A DNA stretch of 64,000 nucleotides. It comes from Bacteroidales bacterium (GTDB taxonomy: Bacteria > Bacteroidota > Bacteroidia > Bacteroidales > UBA932). Shown piece by piece: positions 1-7,535 of this stretch. Position numbers and translations under genes: made by a program. The notes under the pieces were generated by a model that was given only the letters and a program-made list of their open reading frames with translations, was not told the DNA's origin and ran no database searches. The stretch covers positions 3,258 through 67,257 of the forward strand of contig JBAZDQ010000007.1 of the NCBI GenBank assembly GCA_041654355.1, given 5' to 3'. The first letter of the stretch is position 1. Each line of letters starts with the position of its first letter.

Positions 1-95
1 CCTGTTGTCATAATATTAGGAACAATGTTATCCTGCGCTGATGCACTGAAAACAACTGACAGGATAAACAAGACAGAAATAATGGTTTTTTTCAT
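1..95 (-). CDS. Partial CDS (first ~31 codons) of a secreted protein; the rest lies beyond the window start
   Basis: Reverse complement reads ATG (93-95) MKKTIISVLFILSVVFSASAQDNIVPNIMTT. This is a typical signal peptide. It has no stop inside the window, so it is absent from the ORF track. Confidence 0.4.
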   Translation of the reverse strand, partial: MKKTIISVLFILSVVFSASAQDNIVPNIMTT

Positions 96-191
96 AAAGA
101 AAGATCCAAAAATTCACTACTAATATAAGACGTTTTTTTTAGAAATCAAAAAAATTGTACCTTGTTTTCCAAACAATTCAATCCGTTCATC

Positions 192-1166
192 ATGAAAAAC
201 ATTACCCTGCTTATAATTCTGACAATGATGAGTTTGTCGTTTTCCGGTTGTCAAAATAAAATAGCCAAAGAAGAATGGGCCATCGTAATACACGGCGGAG
301 CCGGTTCTGCCCGTTCCATGGCTCCGGAGGTCCGTGAAAACTACCTGAACCTGCTGGGACAGGCCCTGGAAAGGGGAACAACAATGCTTCAAAACGGGGA
401 GAAAGCCCTGGACGTGGTTACGCAGGTGGTGGTCTGGCTGGAAGACTGTCCCGCTTTTAATGCGGGAAAAGGAGCTGTCGTGAACTCGGACGGCATACAC
501 GAACTGGATGCTGCTGTAATGGACGGAAGCAATCTGCAGGCCGGAGCGGTTGCCGGGGTAAGGGATATCAAAAACCCGATTCTTGCTGCCCGTCACGTGA
601 TGGAGGATTCTCCGCACGTATTGCTTATAGGGGAAGGGGCTTCTTCTTTTGCCGAGTCAATGGGACTGCCCCTGGTAGAGAATTCATACTTTTCAACACC
701 GGAACGTCTGGAGCAGATCCGCCGGATAAGAATGCACAAGGAAGATCCCGATCCCAAAGGGACAGTAGGTTGTGTGGCTCTGGACAGTAAAGGGAACCTG
801 GCTGCTGCCACATCAACCGGAGGAATGAGCGGCAAGCGCTGGGGCCGCGTAGGTGATGTCCCGGTAATCGGGGCAGGAACCTACGCCAACAATGCCACAG
901 TGGCCGTCTCGGGAACAGGTCACGGAGAATTATGGATTCGCAGGTGCGTGGCTTTTGATATCAGTGCGCTGATGGACTACAAGGGGATGAAGGTAAAAGA
1001 GGCGGCGCGCGAAGTCATACTCGGCAAAATAGATAAAATGGAAGGTTCCGGGGGCGGAGTGATCTGCGTAGACAAATACGGGAACATTGCCATGGAATTC
1101 AACACAGGCATGATGTTTCGTGCCTGGGCAACTGCCTCGGGGCAAAAAGGGACCGCCATAGAATAA
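192..1166 (+). CDS. Isoaspartyl peptidase / L-asparaginase (Ntn-hydrolase, asparaginase_2 family), lipoprotein
   Basis: Carries the GTVGCVALD autoprocessing-site motif, TSTGG and GAGTYA. MKNITLLIILTMMSLSFSGC is a lipobox. The track ORF begins at an upstream TTG (162); the ATG at 192 is preferred. Confidence 0.85.
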   Translation: MKNITLLIILTMMSLSFSGCQNKIAKEEWAIVIHGGAGSARSMAPEVRENYLNLLGQALERGTTMLQNGEKALDVVTQVVVWLEDCPAFNAGKGAVVNSDGIHELDAAVMDGSNLQAGAVAGVRDIKNPILAARHVMEDSPHVLLIGEGASSFAESMGLPLVENSYFSTPERLEQIRRIRMHKEDPDPKGTVGCVALDSKGNLAAATSTGGMSGKRWGRVGDVPVIGAGTYANNATVAVSGTGHGELWIRRCVAFDISALMDYKGMKVKEAAREVILGKIDKMEGSGGGVICVDKYGNIAMEFNTGMMFRAWATASGQKGTAIE

Positions 1167-1175
1167 AGACAAAGA

Positions 1176-3809
1176 TTACCGTCCGCTTTCCGCAATCATT
1201 TCTTTTATAAAGTCGTTGAATTCTTTTTCTTTCAACAGATCTTCAATAGTCAGGTGCATCCTGTATTTCCAGTAATGAGGCACTATCGCAGGAATGTTAA
1301 TACGCTCGTCATGAGGATTTTCACGCCTTAGACCGGCAGAAACCGACATCCAGTCCTGCCAGGGGAGTATACAGAGCATGGCCGGGCTTTTCAGATGATC
1401 CATAACAATTTGCCGGCAGATCCACGGCTCGCAATAAACCGGGGCTTCTCCCGCAATACCCATCACGCTGTTGAAAAAACGGTTGGTGATATTGCGGTCT
1501 TCTTCCCACCAGCCCCTTAAGGTGCTCGTATCGTGAGATCCGGTTGTACAAACGCACAAATAGGGGTAAGATGACGGATCACCGAAATCCCGGTATTTAT
1601 CTTTGGGCATACGTTGCACCTCCAGGCTAAGCATGGCCAGTTCCTTCATCACGGGAGGTACGCAATCCGGGATCATTCCCAAATCTTCCGCACAACAGAG
1701 CATTCCGGTTGCCGAGATAAGGGGAGGCAGCTTTTTCATAGCCTGATGGTACCAGAATTCGTTGTGTCTTTTGTAAAAGAAGTGGTCGTAAAGCCGGTTG
1801 AATGCGAATTTGGTGTTTTCGTCCAGTGACTTATACGAATAGTTGAACTGGGCCGAGATCCTTGGGTGGTAGGCGTCTTCTTTCCCGGGGTGCGGAATGA
1901 ACAGCACGTTGGCTACCAGGTCCATCAGACTGTTGCGGATGAAATTGTTTTCTTCAGTATCCGGGAGTGTCTCAAAATGGTCCGAAATTTTCCTTTGGGT
2001 ATTGAAAGGTTCCTTTAACTCCAGCAGTTGTGCGTCGTTTCTCTTTTGGAGGTATTTTTCAATAATTGCCGAGGCGTTTTCGTTGAAAACCGAGTCTGTG
2101 ATTTCCCTTGTAATGTAAGGCTTGACCATCCTTTCGTAGTCAAAAGCCAGTCCCCACCTGCGCATTTCGTCAGCCGTGAAAGGCATGGCCGGGTCAAAGT
2201 ATCCCATCAGTCCCTGTGTTTGTTCCCTGGGGATGGTCCAGATGCGGAAGAACCCCAGGATATGATCTATGCGGTAGGCATCAAAATACCTTGCCATATT
2301 TGCAAAACGGTTTTTCCACCAAACATACCCGTCTTTTTCCATAACCTCCCAATTGTAGGTGGGAAATCCCCAGTTTTGTCCCTGTACGGAAAACTCGTCC
2401 GGAGGGGCGCCCGCCTGGGAATCCATTTTGAACAAATGGGGCTCTGTCCACGCTTCCACGCTCATGGGCGTTATACCTATGGGTATATCACCTTTTAGGA
2501 TTAACCCTTTGCTGTTAAGGTGTTTATGGGCTTCATGCAATTGTTTGTCCAGGTAATACTGAACGAAAATATACAAGTCCAGGTTGTCAAAATCCACAGC
2601 GAATACCGGGTCGTATTTTTCATATTTTCCCCACAGGGTGTAATCGGCCGTTCCAAATTTATCACGCAGTACGCAAAATAAAGCATAAGGTCGCAGCCAT
2701 TTTTTGTTTTTCTTGATGAAAGACTTGTAAGAAGCCGATTCCATGACTTCTTTTCCTGTGTGTTTGAAAACAAGTTTGAGAACCGTCCATTTGAGTTTGG
2801 AAACTTTATCGTAATCCAGTTCGGACAATTCATTCAAACTTTTTCGTTCGTTTTCGAAAGCAGATAGGTCAACCGATTCTTCAGTGGCAGACAAAATGGC
2901 GTTTATATCTACATACAAGGGATGCAATGCCATAATGGATATTCCTCCGTAAGGATAGGAATCTATCCAGTTGTGGAACATGGTCGTATCGTTTACAGGC
3001 AGGATTTGGAGCACGCGCTGTCCGGTAACGGCTGCCCAATCGGCTATTTTCTTAAGATCTCCGAAATCCCCAATGCCCCAGCTGTCATTACTGCGAAGGG
3101 AAAATATCGGAATGGCAGTACCGGCATGACGCAAACCTTCACTACGGCTTCTCAGGGGCGTGTCCCGTATTACCAGGTGATCCCGGCCTGACCTTAATCC
3201 TGCGGGCAAAGAAAAAATCCGGTTTTCTCCGTCTTCCCATTCCACAAGTGACAGGTCCTTGTTATTCCTTACAATATACTTGTATTCTATCTTTTCTTCT
3301 TTAATCAGAGACAGAGTTAAAGCAGCTTCCCACAAACCCCCTCCGGCATACTGCAAAGCAAGAGCTTTTGACGGATCCCACATACCCAGTGCACGAGTAT
3401 TCCCTGAAACGGCTATGTGGCAACTTGCGGGTACGGCCCCGGATTGCGTTACCAGGGCAATGTCCTCTTTTTTAAGTGTTTTTGCTTTATGGGTTAGAAA
3501 AACATAAGAATAGGCAGGTTCGGTCCATTTGTCAAGAAGGATGATCTTTTCCGTGGGAGGCAGCTCTTTATGAATATGCCTGATCGGCTCAGTAATAACC
3601 GTGCCATCGGGGGACACAACATAGTATTGGTAAATCAACACTTTGGGGAGTCCGGCAGGGGATACGCGCAGCTCCCACCATCCTTCTTTGGCCGGGTGCA
3701 TCGCAACGGCTTCATTTGTGTTGTCATTACCCAGTTCTGGAATGTTTCCGCATATTGACAAGAAGCTGTCCGGATTCGTTTTATAATGTATACGAAATGT
3801 CAGGTTCAT
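1176..3809 (-). CDS. malQ: 4-alpha-glucanotransferase (amylomaltase, GH77) with two N-terminal CBM20-like starch-binding modules
   Basis: GH77 signatures YRIDHILGFFRIW, GAPPDEFSVQGQNWGFP and CAEDLGMIP. The N-terminus carries two modules with W/Y-rich CBM20-like patterns (ICGNIPELGN..., AVSGNTRALGMWDP...). Confidence 0.9.
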   Translation of the reverse strand: MNLTFRIHYKTNPDSFLSICGNIPELGNDNTNEAVAMHPAKEGWWELRVSPAGLPKVLIYQYYVVSPDGTVITEPIRHIHKELPPTEKIILLDKWTEPAYSYVFLTHKAKTLKKEDIALVTQSGAVPASCHIAVSGNTRALGMWDPSKALALQYAGGGLWEAALTLSLIKEEKIEYKYIVRNNKDLSLVEWEDGENRIFSLPAGLRSGRDHLVIRDTPLRSRSEGLRHAGTAIPIFSLRSNDSWGIGDFGDLKKIADWAAVTGQRVLQILPVNDTTMFHNWIDSYPYGGISIMALHPLYVDINAILSATEESVDLSAFENERKSLNELSELDYDKVSKLKWTVLKLVFKHTGKEVMESASYKSFIKKNKKWLRPYALFCVLRDKFGTADYTLWGKYEKYDPVFAVDFDNLDLYIFVQYYLDKQLHEAHKHLNSKGLILKGDIPIGITPMSVEAWTEPHLFKMDSQAGAPPDEFSVQGQNWGFPTYNWEVMEKDGYVWWKNRFANMARYFDAYRIDHILGFFRIWTIPREQTQGLMGYFDPAMPFTADEMRRWGLAFDYERMVKPYITREITDSVFNENASAIIEKYLQKRNDAQLLELKEPFNTQRKISDHFETLPDTEENNFIRNSLMDLVANVLFIPHPGKEDAYHPRISAQFNYSYKSLDENTKFAFNRLYDHFFYKRHNEFWYHQAMKKLPPLISATGMLCCAEDLGMIPDCVPPVMKELAMLSLEVQRMPKDKYRDFGDPSSYPYLCVCTTGSHDTSTLRGWWEEDRNITNRFFNSVMGIAGEAPVYCEPWICRQIVMDHLKSPAMLCILPWQDWMSVSAGLRRENPHDERINIPAIVPHYWKYRMHLTIEDLLKEKEFNDFIKEMIAESGR

Positions 3810-3834
3810 AATCAGAATAATTAATATTACCTAA

Positions 3835-3842
3835 CAAATATA
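3835..3842 (-). promoter_or_regulatory. Bacteroides-type -7 promoter box (TATATTTG on minus strand) for malQ
   Basis: Plus strand reads CAAATATA, whose reverse complement TATATTTG matches TAnnTTTG. It lies ~25 nt upstream of the malQ ATG. Confidence 0.5.
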
Positions 3843-3883
3843 CTTAAAAAAAACTTCAAGTTTTTTTTGTAACTTTACACATT

Positions 3884-4237
3884 ATGAAAAAGACCGGGGT
3901 AACACATCTGATCATTCATGGCTTTGCACTGGCTCATGCGTTGACTTGTCTTTTGCTTCACGACACATCATTCGGAGATACATTTTTACTAACCTGCCTT
4001 ACCATAGCCATGGTGGTGATCCTGATCCGTTATTACGACGGCCCGGTGGATGTAATGGTAGGATTGTTGCTTTTGTCATCATTTGCCGGTTTTTTTCTAG
4101 GCACCAACGGTGCCCGCTGGATACAGACACTTTTCCCGGAATTGAAGACCATTCTGACCTATGTCCTCACTACAACTCTGGTAACAGAATTCCTGGGGTG
4201 GGCACTGTTCTTTGTAGTCCGCCGCAAGAAAAAATAA
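3884..4237 (+). CDS. Small polytopic membrane protein (117 aa), function unknown
   Basis: Has 3-4 hydrophobic helices and a basic C-terminus (RRKKK). It ends 5 nt before the histidine kinase start. Confidence 0.5.
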   Translation: MKKTGVTHLIIHGFALAHALTCLLLHDTSFGDTFLLTCLTIAMVVILIRYYDGPVDVMVGLLLLSSFAGFFLGTNGARWIQTLFPELKTILTYVLTTTLVTEFLGWALFFVVRRKKK

Positions 4238-4242
4238 CCGGG

Positions 4243-5286
4243 ATGACTTCAGGTACAAAAAGGAATACCATAATTGAAATATTACTGCTGGCATTCTTTG
4301 TGCTTGCCTTTCGCCTGGCCTTTGAAGGGGCAATCCCTTTTTTTCAAAATCATTTTAACCTGAATTTCAACGAAATACTGACCGGTTTGCTGCGTAATTA
4401 TCCGTTAGCACTGTTGATGATCCTGCTGGATCTTTTGCTGGTATGGATGCTAGTACGTCACATAGATTACGGAGAAAAACCCATGTTACGTACTATGCTG
4501 GAAATTTCAGGCTTACTGGTGATCTCATTTTGTTCAGCCCTGCTCATGAAAGTCATGTCCCCACAATTGCAGGGTACCGTAGAGGATTCGTTTTTCAATT
4601 ATTCATTCTGGTATACGGCACTGGCTGCCTTGTTCTTCAACATGATCATAATTGCCGGTATGGACATTTATGCCTATTACGGCAGGGTGCACAAAAAAGC
4701 CCTGGACCTGGAGATCGGGAAAAAGAACAAAGCTAGGTTCCAGTATCAACAGCTCAAAAGGCAGTTGAATCCGCACTTCCTGTTCAACAGCCTGAATTCA
4801 CTGGATTACCTGATCCATACAGATGCTGATAAAGCCAGCGATTACGTGCGAAAACTTGCATCCCTGTACCGTCATTTTTTGAAAGTGGGGGAGGAAGAAA
4901 CCATCATGTTGAAAGACGAGATGGATTTTGTGCGCTTGTATGTGGATCTTTTATCACAACGTTTTGATAATTCGCTGGTAGTTACCTACAACGTGCAGGA
5001 AGAAGCTTTGCAAAAACATATCATTCCCTGTAGTCTGCAGCTTTTGGTGGAAAATGCCACCAAACACAATATAGTCAGTAAAGACCGGCCGCTGGAGATC
5101 AATATAGCCTCCCGGGGCGGATGCCTGGTTGTCAGCAACAAGATTCAGCCCAAAACGTATCGAGTTGCTTCAACCGGAGTGGGCCTGAAAAACATTAGGG
5201 GGCAATATCTATCTGTATTTCAGAAAGATATAGCAATTAATAACGACAGGCAGACCTTTGAGGTAAAACTGCCATTATTGGATTGA
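4243..5286 (+). CDS. LytS/YehU-family sensor histidine kinase (membrane N-terminus + His_kinase + HATPase)
   Basis: Carries the H-box LNPHFLFNSLNSL, N-box LVENATKHN and G-box GVGLKNIRG. The track ORF 3946-5286 overlaps the previous gene; the in-frame ATG at 4243 (MTSGTKRN...) was chosen. Confidence 0.85.
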   Translation: MTSGTKRNTIIEILLLAFFVLAFRLAFEGAIPFFQNHFNLNFNEILTGLLRNYPLALLMILLDLLLVWMLVRHIDYGEKPMLRTMLEISGLLVISFCSALLMKVMSPQLQGTVEDSFFNYSFWYTALAALFFNMIIIAGMDIYAYYGRVHKKALDLEIGKKNKARFQYQQLKRQLNPHFLFNSLNSLDYLIHTDADKASDYVRKLASLYRHFLKVGEEETIMLKDEMDFVRLYVDLLSQRFDNSLVVTYNVQEEALQKHIIPCSLQLLVENATKHNIVSKDRPLEINIASRGGCLVVSNKIQPKTYRVASTGVGLKNIRGQYLSVFQKDIAINNDRQTFEVKLPLLD

Positions 5287-5290
5287 TAAG

Positions 5291-6043
5291 ATGAGAGTTT
5301 TGATACTGGAAGACGAAATTCCCGCACAACTGCAATTAAAACGGTTGTTAAACGTACATTATCCCGATGCCGTAATAGCCGCTGTTCTGGATTCGGTGGA
5401 CAAAGCCGCGCAATGGCTGGAAACACATAAGGCGGATCTGATCTTCATGGACGTGGAACTTTCAGACGGGGTATGTTTTGAATTGTTTAACAGGATATCC
5501 CATATGCCTCCGGTAATCATAATTACCGCTTACGAACATTACGCCTTGGCCGCCTTGAAAAAGAGCGCTGTAGATTACTTGCTCAAACCCGTTGGCGACA
5601 AAGAATTTGTTACTGCCGTGGAAAAATGCCGCATGCCCATGGCCAAACCCCAGGACCTTGAAAGCCTGGGCAGGATATTGAACCTGTCCCAGGAATATAA
5701 ACAACGTTTCATCGTCAAAGTGGGAGATCAGATCATCATTATCAAAACAATCGATATTGCCTATTTTTATTCAGAGGAAAAAAGCACTTACATAATGACC
5801 CGGAACGGGAAACATTATTTTTCGGATTCCAGCCTGGATTCCATAGAAGAACAGCTTGATCCTAAAGAATTTTTTAAACTGTCCAGAAACTGTATAGCCA
5901 GTATTTCAGCTATAAGCACCATTTCAAAACATTTCAACAGCCGGTTGCGCATAGAACTGCAACCGCCTTTCAAACATTCCATCCTGGTAAGCCGGGTAAG
6001 GATCCCGGCATTTATGAAGTGGATAGAAGGAGAAGCCGACTGA
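5291..6043 (+). CDS. LytTR/AlgR-family response regulator (REC + LytTR DNA-binding domain)
   Basis: REC domain: MRVLILEDE...DLIFMDVELSDG...LLKP. C-terminal LytTR pattern: FIVKVGDQIIIIKTIDIAYFYSEEKSTYI...FFKLSRNCIASISAI. Confidence 0.9.
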   Translation: MRVLILEDEIPAQLQLKRLLNVHYPDAVIAAVLDSVDKAAQWLETHKADLIFMDVELSDGVCFELFNRISHMPPVIIITAYEHYALAALKKSAVDYLLKPVGDKEFVTAVEKCRMPMAKPQDLESLGRILNLSQEYKQRFIVKVGDQIIIIKTIDIAYFYSEEKSTYIMTRNGKHYFSDSSLDSIEEQLDPKEFFKLSRNCIASISAISTISKHFNSRLRIELQPPFKHSILVSRVRIPAFMKWIEGEAD

Positions 6044-6064
6044 TACTTTGTCGGAATAATCCTT

Positions 6065-6094
6065 AAATTCATCAAAATTATATTAAAATTCGTC
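6065..6094. promoter_or_regulatory. Candidate LytTR operator: two 9-bp direct repeats with a 12-bp spacer
   Basis: AAATTCATC (6065-6073) and AAATTCGTC (6086-6094) are 8/9 identical with a 21-bp centre-to-centre distance. They lie between the LytTR regulator gene and the MFS/SusC operon. Confidence 0.35.
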
Positions 6095-6160
6095 GGTTTT
6101 ACCTATATATTATTAGGTGAATATTGTAATTTTATACAATTTATTACCTGATACCTATCT

Positions 6161-7516
6161 ATGACTAAGCAATCGAAAATGACATTCTGGAATATCTGGA
6201 ACATGACTTTCGGGTTCCTGGGTATTCAATTCGGACTTGCCTTACAGAATGCAAATGTTAGCCGTATCCTGCAGTCTTTTGGAGCGGACGTAGACCATCT
6301 CTCCCTGTTTTGGATTGCGGCTCCGCTGACAGGCATGATCGTCCAACCGATCATAGGACATTACAGCGACCAGACATGGACACGCCTGGGACGCAGAAGG
6401 CCTTTCTTTTTGGCAGGAGCCATTATGGCATCCATAGCCCTCGTTCTGATGCCCAATGCCCCTATGCTGGCGCCTTACATAGCCCCTATGTTCATCGGGG
6501 CAGGTATTTTGATGATCATGGATGCCTCTATCAATGTGGCCATGGAACCTTTCAGGGCCCTGGTTGCCGATCTGCTTCCTTCCGATCAGCGTACACTGGG
6601 CTTTTCCGTTCAGACATCGCTTATAGGAGTCGGGGCCGTTTTGGGAGCTGTCCTTCCGTACCTTTTGACCAACTGGTTTGGTATATCCAATGTACCTGAA
6701 CCGGAAAGCGGGGATCTGGTGGCCCACAACGTATCATACGCCTTTTATATAGGAGCTGCGGTTCTTATGGGCAGTGTGTTGTGGACCGTAATAAAAACAA
6801 AAGAACATCCGCCGGAAGACGGGAATCATCCTCAAAAAATGCCCTTCTGGCAGATAGGTAAAGATTTTCTGAAAATTCCGAAAACAATGAAACAGCTGGG
6901 AGTGGTTCAGTTTTTTTCCTGGTTTGCCTTGTTTTCCATGTGGGTCTATATGGTCCCTGCAGTGGCCGAGCATGTCTACGGTTCTACCGACAATGCCTCA
7001 CAGGCTTATGCAGATGCAGGCGACTGGGTAGGTATCCTGCAGGGGGTATACAACGGAGTAGCCGCTGTTTTTGCATTTTTACTCCCGTGGATAGCCAAAA
7101 AAATCGGACGCAAAGGCACCCATGCTTTGTGCCTTTTCCTGGGAGCAGCAGGATTTCTTTCTTTTTACATCATCAAGGATCCCGCGTTGCTCATACTACC
7201 CATGATAGGGGTCGGTATTGCATGGGCCGGTATCCTGGCCATGCCTTACTCGATCCTGGCCGGAGCCTTGCCTGCCCATAAAATGGGCGTTTACATGGGA
7301 ATATTTAACTTCTTTATAACCATCCCCCAGATATGCAACGGGCTTATAGGAGGGATTATGGTAAAACACATTTACGGGGGACACACCATTTTTGCCCTGG
7401 TGTTCTCCGGAATATGTCTGCTGATAGCTGCCGTGAGCGTTTTCTTTGTAGACGACAAAGACGATCCCGTACAGCTCTCTTTCAGATATAAACAACGAAT
7501 AAGATTATCAACCTAA
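6161..7516 (+). CDS. MFS sugar (maltose/maltodextrin-type, GPH/SLC45-like) inner-membrane transporter
   Basis: About 12 predicted TM segments, an RLGRRRPF loop motif after TM2, and a position at the head of the starch PUL. Confidence 0.8.
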   Translation: MTKQSKMTFWNIWNMTFGFLGIQFGLALQNANVSRILQSFGADVDHLSLFWIAAPLTGMIVQPIIGHYSDQTWTRLGRRRPFFLAGAIMASIALVLMPNAPMLAPYIAPMFIGAGILMIMDASINVAMEPFRALVADLLPSDQRTLGFSVQTSLIGVGAVLGAVLPYLLTNWFGISNVPEPESGDLVAHNVSYAFYIGAAVLMGSVLWTVIKTKEHPPEDGNHPQKMPFWQIGKDFLKIPKTMKQLGVVQFFSWFALFSMWVYMVPAVAEHVYGSTDNASQAYADAGDWVGILQGVYNGVAAVFAFLLPWIAKKIGRKGTHALCLFLGAAGFLSFYIIKDPALLILPMIGVGIAWAGILAMPYSILAGALPAHKMGVYMGIFNFFITIPQICNGLIGGIMVKHIYGGHTIFALVFSGICLLIAAVSVFFVDDKDDPVQLSFRYKQRIRLST

Positions 7517-7535
7517 CAATTAATCACTAACCTAA

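Noticed and set aside
3946-4242. N-terminal 99 codons of track ORF 3946-5286
   Set aside because: This stretch overlaps the 3884-4237 membrane-protein ORF in another frame and has an Arg/Pro/Gly-rich, non-membrane composition. The histidine kinase is taken to start at the ATG at 4243.
6035-6054. Hairpin CCGAC-N10-GTCGG straddling the LytTR regulator stop codon (6041-6043) as a terminator
   Set aside because: It has only a 5-bp stem and no downstream U-tract, which is too weak to call.
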